Shown piece by piece: positions 17,317 to 26,726 of a stretch of 64,000 bases of DNA. Every line of letters starts with the position of its first letter. Positions within the stretch are counted from its first letter, which is position 1. Below the pieces are notes generated by a model that did not search any database, was not told the origin of the DNA, and saw nothing but the letters and a program-made list of their open reading frames with translations. Origin of the DNA: a virus; the IMG/VR virus record IMGVR_UViG_3300045972_000807, positions 107,757-171,756 of that record. One strand, written 5' to 3'. A program made the translations under genes and the position numbers.

Positions 17317-19785
17317 TTAACTGATAGTGCATACGCCGTACACGCGGGAGGTATCGTTATTAACAAACGTAACGCCTACTCCCGGTGAGGACTTCCATGT
17401 TACTGCACCGCCACCGCCACCGCCGTGGACTGTGGTGTTACCGCCGGGTTTACCCCAGCCGCCTCCGCCGCCTCCGCCGCCACCTGAGGTAGACGAAGGA
17501 TCACCGCCGGCGGTGTTACCGGTTCCGCCAGCTCCAGCTGTAATGGTTTGACCCGACCAGGCTATGTAAAGAGCCCCCGGTGTTCCGCCAGAGCCTGGGA
17601 ATTGCCGTCCACCACCGCCCCCGCCTGCACCGTATATCCCGCCGCCTCCGCCTGCTCCACCACCCTTACCGGGTGACGCTAGTGCTCCTGAGGTCATGCC
17701 GGTTCCGCCCGGGCTGCCTATTGATCCACCTGCACCACCCTTTTGCTGTACCTTGATAATGGCATTGCTAATATCGTAGCTACCAGTCCCGCCAAGTCCT
17801 CCGCCTGCTCCGCCACCGCCACCGCCTTGGTCAGCCCAGACGATAGCTGCGCCGCCCCCACCACCCCCACCGATATACGCATTTGGATCGGTGTTGTCGA
17901 TAACCAGAGCTACGTTTGTGAATATAGCTGTGCCGCCGTTCTGCCCGATACCGTACCCGTTAAGGGCAAAGCCTAGCTGAGTGTTGCTTCCTCCTTGCCC
18001 ACCCTTTCCAGCTATAAAGCCGTGGTTGATAAGCTTTACCGTAGACCCGGGTGCAAACCTGTCTATGTATAGAGCAAATAGTTGAGGATTCTCTGAGTAC
18101 ACCCAAATACCAGGGGCCACGGTTACCGTAACAGAGCAAGCCGCAGTACCTACGCCTGTGCCATACTTTATAGCTAAGTTCTGGACTACACTGTAGTTCA
18201 TAGAGTGCTGAGAGATCGTTATCTCGTAAGCTGGCGCTGTTACTACCCCTATGCCTGTTGTGGATGCCGTTGGATACAAAGCTGTAGCTGCCTGAGTAGC
18301 TGTGATTACCGCACTACCCATCCCCACCACAGTGATCGTATTACCTGACACTGAAAGAATCGAGGAGTTGCTACTGCTGTACGACCATGCTCCGCCAGAA
18401 CTTGTGGTAGGCGGAACTATGGTAAACGGTGAATCACCAACCAACTTGGGAGGTATAACCAAAGGTCCCAGGTTGTTTGGTGGCTGGGTAACTGAGAACA
18501 CAGCCGATACAGTAAACAAACCGTAGCAGGCATCAGCCGCCTGCCTAGCCGTTATCGTGCAGCTCCCCACACCTACGACAGTACAGGTGCTACCTGAAAT
18601 TGATGCTACATTGGTATTACTGGACGTATAAGTCCACGCGCCCGACCCAGAAGAATCTGGCTGTGTTACTGGGAACGGTGCGGCCGTCAAGAGCTTACTA
18701 GGCACAGAGAAGGTAGTTGACGCGCCCAGAGTATTTATCTTGGCTACGACGTTTACTGTGGCACTAACAGCGTTGCCTGCAAATAGAGCAGTAGCTGCCT
18801 GAGTAGCTGTTATCGTGCAGGTGCCCAATTTCCCCAGAATAGAAACAATGTTCCCAGATACAGAAAGTATCGTAGTATCGCTACTGGTGTAAGTCCACGC
18901 GCCATCGCTGTTAGACACAGGCTGTGTTATCGTAAAGTCTGGGCTACAGAAGTACAGCGTAGGGTTAATAGAAAGAGCCCCTACGCTAGCTGCCTGGGTA
19001 GCCACGGTAAACGTAGCAACAGCGGAAGCAGGCCCGTAACAAGGGTCTCCCGACTTGGTAGCAGTTATGACGCACTGACCTGAAGCTATAGCGTTAACCG
19101 TATTGTTGCTTATGGTTGCTACATTGAGGTTGCTTGACGCATACGCCCAAGTGCCGCCACTTTGGGAAGTCGGCGGGGTTAGGGTCTGCGATGTGCCTGC
19201 GACCAGGTTAGGCACAGTGAAAGGTCCTAGCGAGTCTGTTTGGGTAGTTACCGTTACGTTAGCAGTTATTATTCCCGCACCCACAGTTGCTGTGGCTGCC
19301 TGGGTAGCACTAATTACGCATGATCCCAGACCCGTGGGAGTAGCAACATTCCCGTTTATAGAAATAACTATCGGGTTGCTACTGGTGTAAGTCCATGCTC
19401 CAGTGCTGTTGGACGTAGGTGTAGGTAGAGTAAACGGTACACTGCAAAGGTACTTGTTCCCAATCACAAAATTGCTTACGTGGTCAGGAAGTATCTGAGT
19501 AACCGTAACAAACGCGGTGGCTTTACCTGCGGAGAATCCTGTATGCGCTACCTGCATAGCACTTATGGTAACCGAACCGGCCACTAAAGCAGTAGCTGTG
19601 TTACCCACTATCTTTACGATGTAGGGGTCACTACTGACGTACGTCCAGGGAGCCGGGCTGTTACTCCTGGGGGGCGTCAGCGTTACAGGTCCTCCTCCAG
19701 CTTTTAAGGCGGGCAATATAAGCGGACCAAGCAAATTCGGAATGCCAGTTACCTTTACTCTGGGAGCTATTTGTATTGTTACCAT
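17317..19785 (-). CDS. fibre/adhesin with six Ig-like repeats and a T-even gp38-like glycine-rich C-terminal domain
   Basis: Six W.Y.SS...G.C.ITATQA repeats; LINHGFIAGKGGQGG...GGTAI...IGGGGGGGA. Confidence 0.8.
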   Translation of the reverse strand: MVTIQIAPRVKVTGIPNLLGPLILPALKAGGGPVTLTPPRSNSPAPWTYVSSDPYIVKIVGNTATALVAGSVTISAMQVAHTGFSAGKATAFVTVTQILPDHVSNFVIGNKYLCSVPFTLPTPTSNSTGAWTYTSSNPIVISINGNVATPTGLGSCVISATQAATATVGAGIITANVTVTTQTDSLGPFTVPNLVAGTSQTLTPPTSQSGGTWAYASSNLNVATISNNTVNAIASGQCVITATKSGDPCYGPASAVATFTVATQAASVGALSINPTLYFCSPDFTITQPVSNSDGAWTYTSSDTTILSVSGNIVSILGKLGTCTITATQAATALFAGNAVSATVNVVAKINTLGASTTFSVPSKLLTAAPFPVTQPDSSGSGAWTYTSSNTNVASISGSTCTVVGVGSCTITARQAADACYGLFTVSAVFSVTQPPNNLGPLVIPPKLVGDSPFTIVPPTTSSGGAWSYSSSNSSILSVSGNTITVVGMGSAVITATQAATALYPTASTTGIGVVTAPAYEITISQHSMNYSVVQNLAIKYGTGVGTAACSVTVTVAPGIWVYSENPQLFALYIDRFAPGSTVKLINHGFIAGKGGQGGSNTQLGFALNGYGIGQNGGTAIFTNVALVIDNTDPNAYIGGGGGGGAAIVWADQGGGGGGAGGGLGGTGSYDISNAIIKVQQKGGAGGSIGSPGGTGMTSGALASPGKGGGAGGGGGIYGAGGGGGGRQFPGSGGTPGALYIAWSGQTITAGAGGTGNTAGGDPSSTSGGGGGGGGGWGKPGGNTTVHGGGGGGAVTWKSSPGVGVTFVNNDTSRVYGVCTIS

Positions 19786-19789
19786 CTCA

Positions 19790-20542
19790 CTATACCCCGG
19801 TAGGATAAATAACGTTTTCGTAAAACAGACCCATGCTGATTAGGTTCTGCTGATCGGGCTGCCCGATCTTCAAAGTGTTTTCGTCTGTGATCTCGTACAG
19901 CACTAGGTTGTAGTTAAACACATCGTTAAAGAACTGTAGGAACTCATCTGCTGTGGCGTTCTTGAAAGCAGGAGACGCGCCCAATGCCATGCTAACGTGC
20001 GTAGTCGGGTAGTAGGTATTGTTGGGGTCGGGGTTGGGGTCTGTGATCTTGTTGTTAAGCAACAAGGGATTCTCAATCATTGCCCCGCTAGTCGAATCCA
20101 GAATTAACTCGGGGATGAAGTGCTGATAGTCGTGTGTCCACAAATTTATCATGGTCAGCGAAGCACCCATGGTAAAGTTTATGAAATCCACTACCTTACC
20201 TGTTCCCTTGCTGTACCAGTAAGCCCCTAGGTTACGGAACAGCATCAACGCCTGGGTGGAGTTGAGGTACGTTGGATTGTTTAGAGGCAGGCCGTTAAAG
20301 GTAAGCTGCTTCAGAAGAGTCTGAAGGTCTTGCTGATACTGTGCGTTGCTTGTATCGAACATTGTCCCAGACGTTATGGCATCTTGAATCTGAGGACCAA
20401 CTACGTAGGGGTTACGCACCCCCTGAAGTTGCGTGGTAGCTGTGCTTGTATCTAGGAACAGCTTATCCAGCGCCGCGGTTAATTCAGTCCACGTGCTGGT
20501 GTTCAAATACGGTGGGAGTAGAATGCTTCTGTTGTATGCCAT
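19790..20542 (-). CDS. baseplate wedge subunit (P2 gpI / T4 gp7-like)
   Basis: Position after the J-like gene; LLPPYL and WYSKGT motifs. Confidence 0.65.
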   Translation of the reverse strand: MAYNRSILLPPYLNTSTWTELTAALDKLFLDTSTATTQLQGVRNPYVVGPQIQDAITSGTMFDTSNAQYQQDLQTLLKQLTFNGLPLNNPTYLNSTQALMLFRNLGAYWYSKGTGKVVDFINFTMGASLTMINLWTHDYQHFIPELILDSTSGAMIENPLLLNNKITDPNPDPNNTYYPTTHVSMALGASPAFKNATADEFLQFFNDVFNYNLVLYEITDENTLKIGQPDQQNLISMGLFYENVIYPTGV

Positions 20543-20547
20543 GATAT

Positions 20548-20838
20548 TTACGCTTTTTCCCATTTGCCGTTACGAATGAATCCGTGATCACCGCAAGCCC
20601 TGCACGCTAGGCTAGGCGCCAAGGTCACAGGATTATCCGATACGAGCTCCCAGCTATGTTCCAGGAGTTTAGACTTAAACTCTAGAGCCCACGCATGATC
20701 CCTGAAAGGTATCGAGGACTCACACAGCTTTCCTTCAGGCGTAAGGTGCGTGACGATAGCCCCAGACCTATTGTCACCCTTGTAGCTTGTAAACTCAATC
20801 GTGTGGTTGTCGCCTAAATCAATTGGTAGTAAGCTCAT
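20548..20838 (-). CDS. DUF6527-like small metal-binding protein
   Basis: W......PVTLAPSLACRACGDHGFIRNGKW. Confidence 0.6.
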   Translation of the reverse strand: MSLLPIDLGDNHTIEFTSYKGDNRSGAIVTHLTPEGKLCESSIPFRDHAWALEFKSKLLEHSWELVSDNPVTLAPSLACRACGDHGFIRNGKWEKA

Positions 20839-20843
20839 ATCGT

Positions 20844-22820
20844 TTAGCCTTGTGAGCTGCCGCTACGTTGTGTGTAATACGTCTTAACCGTGAGGTTGCC
20901 CAGCTTATTGTAGGCAACCACGTTGTAGGGCAACGTGGCTGAATTGGTGGACGTTGGCACTGGCACAACGCTTCCGTCATCAATGTAGACTGGATTGGCT
21001 GTGTTAGCAGGAACCGTAGCAATAAGCCCCCAAGTGCTGCCAATGCCTCCTCGGCCGTAAATAAGGTATTGCGTAGCAGAGGCAACCGCAGGCCATGTGA
21101 GCGTAACTCCGCTATTGCCCGCGGTTAGAACCAAGTACGCTAGATTCTTTCCAGCAACTGTAGCGCCTGTATTCGATATATAGCCAACTGCATACGTTAC
21201 CGACCCAGCATGCAATGAACCAGCTTGGCTATTCTGCACTAGAGCGGGTGACGGGATCCACGGTGTGGACACAATAGCATCTTTAGCAGGTGTAACTATG
21301 TCTACGTAGTCGATACCTGAGTAAGAAGCCAAGATCGCTTGGCTTATGTCCGTCAGCATAATGTCGTAGTTCAACCCGGCGTTAGTAAACAAACCAGTTA
21401 TGGCCGCGGTGGCTGAGGAGTTGCCCAGGTCAAGGTTGGCCCACGACTTACAGTAAACGATAACGTTTACGTCCACTATGCTAGGAACTGGTGGCACAAT
21501 GTTGTAGCGCCCTGAGTACAGCGAATTGGTGTGCAGGTATTCGATGAAGTTAGTAACGTCCACCGAATTCCAGGTAACCCCCGCCTTAAGCAGATATGTG
21601 ATCTGCATGTAGTTCATTAGCTTGGGATTGGACTGGTACACCTCACGCTCTGAGAAAGTAACCGCATCCGATATACCTGGGTACTCCAAGATGGTGGTAA
21701 GGAACTGGCTCTTGTTTACCGCACTACCGAACGTACCGAAGGAATACGCTGCAATATTCTTGTACCGCAGTGCGCCGGTTTCGTCAGCACCGCCCGAGGG
21801 GTTACCCAGTGCGTTGATTAGCAAATTCTGGTAGGCCGTAGTAGTTATGCTTTTATTCATGGCGTTAAGCGAATTAGCCGCCGACCCTGAGGTAACCACA
21901 TAAACAAAGTTAACGGTATCGCTGATAAGAGGCATTGAACCGTAAGCGCCATCCCCAAACTCTACGACGAACTCGCCTGTAGCCAAAGTCTTGTCAACAA
22001 AGCCGCCGCCGGTTTTAGAAGTCCAAAGCCCCGTAGTCAACTTGGCAATAGACGTGCCGTTTACGGCAACAAAGGTGTCGGTGTCTGAGACAGTGAAACC
22101 AGACTCAGGCGAAGCCCATGCTTGGTAAGGTGTACCGAGTCCGTTGGTTGCCATAGACTTTACCATGCCTTGGAACAAGCTGAATGCTGACACAACCTGC
22201 CCAGGCTCTATTGTGATAAAGTCCCTATTGAACCAGTAGGTATTGGCTCCGGAGAACTGGGTGTACGGCGGAATAGTTATTTGCTGTGCGTTGTTGTTGG
22301 TTATAGCAACGGGCATGTTAGCCGGCAGCTTGCGGTTTAGGCGTACGCCCTGCATCGTTGCACCTGCGTAGATTGCCGAATCAGAAACGGCTGTAGCAGG
22401 GAACGTGTCTTGCAGAGACCGCAAGATGTTTTGTTGGGCGCTTGAGTGAACTGTGCTGATAAGGGAGATAAGCGCGTCGCCTGTCTCTGTGGGCAGTATT
22501 GCCTTCCACGGCGCACTAGAAGAGCCCAGCATAGACTGCAACTGAGTCTTACCCGAGTTGTAATCCACAGACAGCGTAGACAAGGTAACGTTACTTCCAG
22601 CAGTGTGGGCGTTACCTTCTTGCAGAGCTACTTCTACAATAGCCCCAGCGGGAACCTCAATAGCGGCCAGGTTGTAGTAAGAGACGTTGTTAACAAGGTA
22701 CGTGGTGAACGCTGGGACAGACATGGACACCTCACTACCATTGACAAATACTGCCTGCATGGATGGAGGATTACCGCCTAGCTGAAAGGTTATAGCAATA
22801 GTGTGAGTTGTCGTAGCCAT
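20844..22820 (-). CDS. baseplate wedge protein (gp6 / J-like) with FN3-like insertion
   Basis: SGGADET, AV...F, EFGDG..G motifs; position next to gp25. Confidence 0.85.
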   Translation of the reverse strand: MATTTHTIAITFQLGGNPPSMQAVFVNGSEVSMSVPAFTTYLVNNVSYYNLAAIEVPAGAIVEVALQEGNAHTAGSNVTLSTLSVDYNSGKTQLQSMLGSSSAPWKAILPTETGDALISLISTVHSSAQQNILRSLQDTFPATAVSDSAIYAGATMQGVRLNRKLPANMPVAITNNNAQQITIPPYTQFSGANTYWFNRDFITIEPGQVVSAFSLFQGMVKSMATNGLGTPYQAWASPESGFTVSDTDTFVAVNGTSIAKLTTGLWTSKTGGGFVDKTLATGEFVVEFGDGAYGSMPLISDTVNFVYVVTSGSAANSLNAMNKSITTTAYQNLLINALGNPSGGADETGALRYKNIAAYSFGTFGSAVNKSQFLTTILEYPGISDAVTFSEREVYQSNPKLMNYMQITYLLKAGVTWNSVDVTNFIEYLHTNSLYSGRYNIVPPVPSIVDVNVIVYCKSWANLDLGNSSATAAITGLFTNAGLNYDIMLTDISQAILASYSGIDYVDIVTPAKDAIVSTPWIPSPALVQNSQAGSLHAGSVTYAVGYISNTGATVAGKNLAYLVLTAGNSGVTLTWPAVASATQYLIYGRGGIGSTWGLIATVPANTANPVYIDDGSVVPVPTSTNSATLPYNVVAYNKLGNLTVKTYYTQRSGSSQG

Positions 22821-22832
22821 TGTTGTTCCTGA

Positions 22833-23279
22833 TTACACGGGTAAAGAATAGGATGCCGAGAATTGCTGATTGGCAGCTGAGATCAGCTGACCGTAAACAG
22901 TGATAGCGTATCCCGGGATAGAAGTATCGGCAACCACGCTGACAGACACGTTTGTAATCCGAGGCTCCCAATTGCGTACAGCCGTCTTTGCGGCCATCGC
23001 GATAAGGTCAGCCGTCTGAGAGTCAAAAGGCTCCTGAAGCAACTGGTAGAGGCCGCTCCAGTAATCCTCTTGGAAGATGCGGCTACGAGTTCCCTGTGCG
23101 CTAACAAACAGGTTAGCCAGAGAACCGTGAACTATTGCATAGGTGTCCAGTAAGATCAGGGAAGGGCTGGTGTGCGGGTCGAACGTAGGGTTTATGTCTA
23201 TGTACGACGCGCCTTGAACCTGCAGACCCGGGTTCAAGATATCGCTTGGGGTTATTACGTCTGCTACTTTGGTTGCCAT
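22833..23279 (-). CDS. baseplate wedge / sheath initiator, gp25-like
   Basis: L.NLF...GTR....Y.SGL..LL.EP...A...WEPRI. Confidence 0.85.
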   Translation of the reverse strand: MATKVADVITPSDILNPGLQVQGASYIDINPTFDPHTSPSLILLDTYAIVHGSLANLFVSAQGTRSRIFQEDYWSGLYQLLQEPFDSQTADLIAMAAKTAVRNWEPRITNVSVSVVADTSIPGYAITVYGQLISAANQQFSASYSLPV

Positions 23280-23290
23280 GATACGAATCC

Positions 23291-24049
23291 TTAGATTGGC
23301 TGCGAAGTACCGCCGCCTCGCGAGTCGATGTGCGTATGGCCTTCCAGGCTCTTGCCGCCAACCACGCCTGTGGGTGAAGATATGGAACCCATAGAGGCTG
23401 CTCCTGAAACACTAGAATTGCCACCAACGGTTTCGTTACCACCCACAGCGTTGTTTCCACCAATTGTGCTGTTACCTGACAGGTCGTAGTTACCAGATTG
23501 CGTGGTGTTTCCTTCTTGTTTCAAATTGCCTACGTGGTGTATGTCGCCTGTTATGTCCAGGTTAGAAATAATCGTAATCATCTTGCCAGCAGGTTCAAAG
23601 GTTACAATGGACCCTGCAAAGTGGTTAACCGTCATCTCCCCTGTGGTTACGTCTGTGTAGACAACCGTGCCCATAGGATCAATGTAGCCAACCCTATTAG
23701 GGTAGTTGGTCTTTAGTGCCGCGGGAAGGTTCTTAGCAAACTGGCTGGTAGGCACGTAACCTACGTACATACCGTGATGAACATCCCCGCCTTGGAACTT
23801 AACGACCACCAACGAACCTACAAGCGGAACCCGCACCACGCCATAGTTTTCATTCATCCCAAATTCGCTTGGGTGCATAGGCCCTACCCAGGGCAGGCTC
23901 TCTGTGTCTTGGTCATCCAAGAACCCGGGCACAGTGACCTTGATACGCTGAAGCATCTGAGGGTCATTGTTGTGAACTACCTTACCTATGTGAAGAGCAT
24001 CCTCAATGGGAATGCCTCCGCCTTCTGAGTTGGCTAAGCTGTCAAACAT
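23291..24049 (-). CDS. baseplate central spike (gp5/gpV: OB fold, beta-helix, HxH apex)
   Basis: GKVV.N.DP...RIKV.VP...LPW; VP.VGS.V.V.F..GD; C-terminal HTH...GG.TS.P. Confidence 0.9.
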   Translation of the reverse strand: MFDSLANSEGGGIPIEDALHIGKVVHNNDPQMLQRIKVTVPGFLDDQDTESLPWVGPMHPSEFGMNENYGVVRVPLVGSLVVVKFQGGDVHHGMYVGYVPTSQFAKNLPAALKTNYPNRVGYIDPMGTVVYTDVTTGEMTVNHFAGSIVTFEPAGKMITIISNLDITGDIHHVGNLKQEGNTTQSGNYDLSGNSTIGGNNAVGGNETVGGNSSVSGAASMGSISSPTGVVGGKSLEGHTHIDSRGGGTSQPI

Positions 24050-24051
24050 AA

Positions 24052-25260
24052 TTAGGAGTCTTGGTATAGTGGCGTAGAGATAGGTTCAAACTTGACGTTA
24101 TCAGAAGCTTTCTTGCTCTGATCGGATGCAGCACTCCGACGGGTCAATTCAAACTTTTCATGGTACTGGGAGTTGGTTATAGATATAGCGTGGCTAACCA
24201 CGATATAGGAGCCGTTAAGCTCAGACTGTTCAGCGGGAGCTGTGATGTTGATGGTGTCAAAGACACTAACCTTAGGGTTCTCGATGGCTGGCATATTTAT
24301 CAGGATATCCAACCCTACATTAAAAAGTGCTGTGCCTCGAATGTTCTGGTATCTTGACCTGTTATAGTTATCATGGACGTTGCCATAGTCTATAGCATAG
24401 CACTGGTGAGCACCTGACTCTACAAGGTCTCGAACGTCTTGGTTCATGTTGAACTCGCCACCTTCATTGATATCTGCGGCAATGTTGGTGTGCGTCCTAT
24501 AAGGCGTGTCTCGTACTACGCTGTACTCGGTGGCCGTCTTCTTGTAACCTGCTTTACGGTTAGCGGAGCCACCCGAGTTCTTAGGCTGGTGGGATACAAC
24601 CGTAATGTAACCTTGACGGATGTCGCTTATAAGCATCTTGGCTACAGGCTCGTTAACGTCCAGCTTTGAGATGTCCTTATACCGCATAGTGCCGTCAAAG
24701 CACACGGCTAACTTCATGCAACTGGTATCGCTGCTGAACCCATGGTTAGCTATCTCGTTACAGAACGCATGGATTCTTTTTGCACCACCGTGCCAGGTTT
24801 GTTGGTCAGAGGTAACATCACCGTCGTAGGTAAGACCAGACTGCGTAGCCAACTGCTTCAACAAATCTCCACTGGTAAGGCTCTTGTACACGGCGTTGGT
24901 TGTCTGTATCCAGTACCTGGGAAAATCTAGGTAACCGTCAATGTCTACAACGTCACCCATCTTAGACGGGGAGACATGAAGGGAGTTTACTCTAAACTTG
25001 TAGGTAGCCGAAGCTACTTCTCGTGCAAGCAATGCTATTTCTATCTGCGAAGCCTCAACCAACAACCCTGGATTGTTCTTGAAGAACTGGATACCGTCCG
25101 TAAACTGTAACCGTATCATGGGAATTTCAAGCTTGCTACTCTCAGACATATGCAGAATAGCTATGTGGGATTCCTTAGTGAACGGAAACTCCACGCCTGA
25201 GAAGTATAAAGAGACTCGGAATACGCCAGCTAGGGCGTATGGGCTGTTACCTATGGGCAT
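24052..25260 (-). CDS. baseplate hub (gp27 / gpD-like)
   Basis: About 400 aa immediately upstream of the spike; NGSYIVVS..I terminal strand. Confidence 0.7.
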   Translation of the reverse strand: MPIGNSPYALAGVFRVSLYFSGVEFPFTKESHIAILHMSESSKLEIPMIRLQFTDGIQFFKNNPGLLVEASQIEIALLAREVASATYKFRVNSLHVSPSKMGDVVDIDGYLDFPRYWIQTTNAVYKSLTSGDLLKQLATQSGLTYDGDVTSDQQTWHGGAKRIHAFCNEIANHGFSSDTSCMKLAVCFDGTMRYKDISKLDVNEPVAKMLISDIRQGYITVVSHQPKNSGGSANRKAGYKKTATEYSVVRDTPYRTHTNIAADINEGGEFNMNQDVRDLVESGAHQCYAIDYGNVHDNYNRSRYQNIRGTALFNVGLDILINMPAIENPKVSVFDTINITAPAEQSELNGSYIVVSHAISITNSQYHEKFELTRRSAASDQSKKASDNVKFEPISTPLYQDS

Positions 25261-25261
25261 A

Positions 25262-25618
25262 TCAAATCACAATCAAATTGCCTGCACCGGAGGCGCCACT
25301 ACCTGAGGAACCGTTCTTAAGGGCGTTAAGAAGCGGGTCTAGTTTAGGAATACGCAAGGTCATTCCAACCTTAACGTCGTTAACCGAATCGTAGAGGCCG
25401 TTGTAGTGCAGCAGCGCGTACCACAAGAAGCGTGAACCCAGATACTTGGCCGCGATGCCCGGGAGATTAGCCTCGTCACCCGCCTGGACAGTTATGGTGC
25501 GCTCTGCAGGCACGGTGAAGCGTATGTTATTAACCGAGCATTTCAGGATGTCCCAACGTCCCGAATCCTGAGCGCATACTGTGGCGTAATTTTCGTAGTC
25601 GTGTGTGCTATTGGGCAT
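25262..25618 (-). CDS. LysM-type baseplate protein (gp53 / gpX-like)
   Basis: LPGIAAKYLG...LWYALLHYN......VKVGMTLRIP. Confidence 0.8.
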   Translation of the reverse strand: MPNSTHDYENYATVCAQDSGRWDILKCSVNNIRFTVPAERTITVQAGDEANLPGIAAKYLGSRFLWYALLHYNGLYDSVNDVKVGMTLRIPKLDPLLNALKNGSSGSGASGAGNLIVI

Positions 25619-25624
25619 GGTACT

Positions 25625-26710
25625 TTATCCTATTAGCTTATTGTAGAGCGCTGCGGTTTGTGGAGCATTGCCGTTACCCATAGGCATAAGCATCTTCATA
25701 ATGTCACGCTGGGTAAGCGTATAGAACGTTTCAAACACCACGTCCACTTTGATCATCGCGTTGATACCGCTAGACATTCCCGGCCCCAAACCGATCGGTG
25801 AAATGCGTTGGGTTTGATTAACCGATTTTATGACCACGTTATCCAGATAAAACCCACCGCCTATCTGGACACTAATGCTTTGGTCTACGTGGTCCTTAAT
25901 CATCTTGGAAACAGCCGCGGCAGCTTGGTCAGCAACCTTGCTACCAGCGGCTACAGCGCTGGAACCTAGAGACGCAACCTTCTCGGCAGCGCCTGTTAGT
26001 ATGCCAGTGGCTTGCCCCAGCAGGCTATTATCTGTAGACGTCATAGGCACTGAGGTTTGTGTTTGGGTATTGGGAACCATTGTGCTACTTGGGCTAGTAG
26101 CCATAACCTTGTCAGCAGACTGACCTCCTGAGCCCTGCGCTTGCATGTTGAACCTGGGGCCTGGGCTAGATAGAAATCCACCTGCCAAAGATTCCTTGGG
26201 CATAGACAGATACATCAGCTGCATTAGGGGCATCATTACCTCTACGTCAGCGTCTTTTTCAACCTGGAAGATCAAAGGTAGACTAAGGGTTGTAGAGCCG
26301 GCACCATTCCAGACTTTAGCTGTCAACGCTTGAGTAAACGCTTTAGTACCGCCCAGCTTAGCCAGCTTGTTTATGCTTTGCGCCGCTGCTCTAAGTCTGT
26401 CTGGTACCGCGTTCATTAGAGTTTCTTCAACCATGTTCTGGTAAGGGGAGTCGTAATCAACGGCTGTGTCGAAGGCAAACTCAGCTGGGCAGTCTGCTAT
26501 GATGCTGATAACTCCAGCGTTTTCGGTCTGCGCTTGAATCTTTACCTTGTAAAAGGAGTTTCCATCCGTAGCTGGGTTTCCACCAGATGAAGCATTGGGC
26601 TTTGCTCCCCCAAGTCCCCCCATCTGTGTCATACCCGCGGTTTTAGCCATGTCAACTAGGCTAGAAGCGTTAGTATTGCTAACGCTAAAGTTGTCAAATA
26701 GTCCTGCCAT
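25625..26710 (-). CDS. baseplate / tail-tube initiator protein (gp48-like)
   Basis: Synteny; VVIKSVN...VDVVFET tube-like strands. Confidence 0.55.
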   Translation of the reverse strand: MAGLFDNFSVSNTNASSLVDMAKTAGMTQMGGLGGAKPNASSGGNPATDGNSFYKVKIQAQTENAGVISIIADCPAEFAFDTAVDYDSPYQNMVEETLMNAVPDRLRAAAQSINKLAKLGGTKAFTQALTAKVWNGAGSTTLSLPLIFQVEKDADVEVMMPLMQLMYLSMPKESLAGGFLSSPGPRFNMQAQGSGGQSADKVMATSPSSTMVPNTQTQTSVPMTSTDNSLLGQATGILTGAAEKVASLGSSAVAAGSKVADQAAAAVSKMIKDHVDQSISVQIGGGFYLDNVVIKSVNQTQRISPIGLGPGMSSGINAMIKVDVVFETFYTLTQRDIMKMLMPMGNGNAPQTAALYNKLIG

Positions 26711-26726
26711 GTCTTACTCCAATGTC

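Noticed and set aside
15325-19785. Diversity-generating retroelement or invertible fibre cassette
   Set aside because: No reverse transcriptase, invertase or template/variable repeat pair seen in the window
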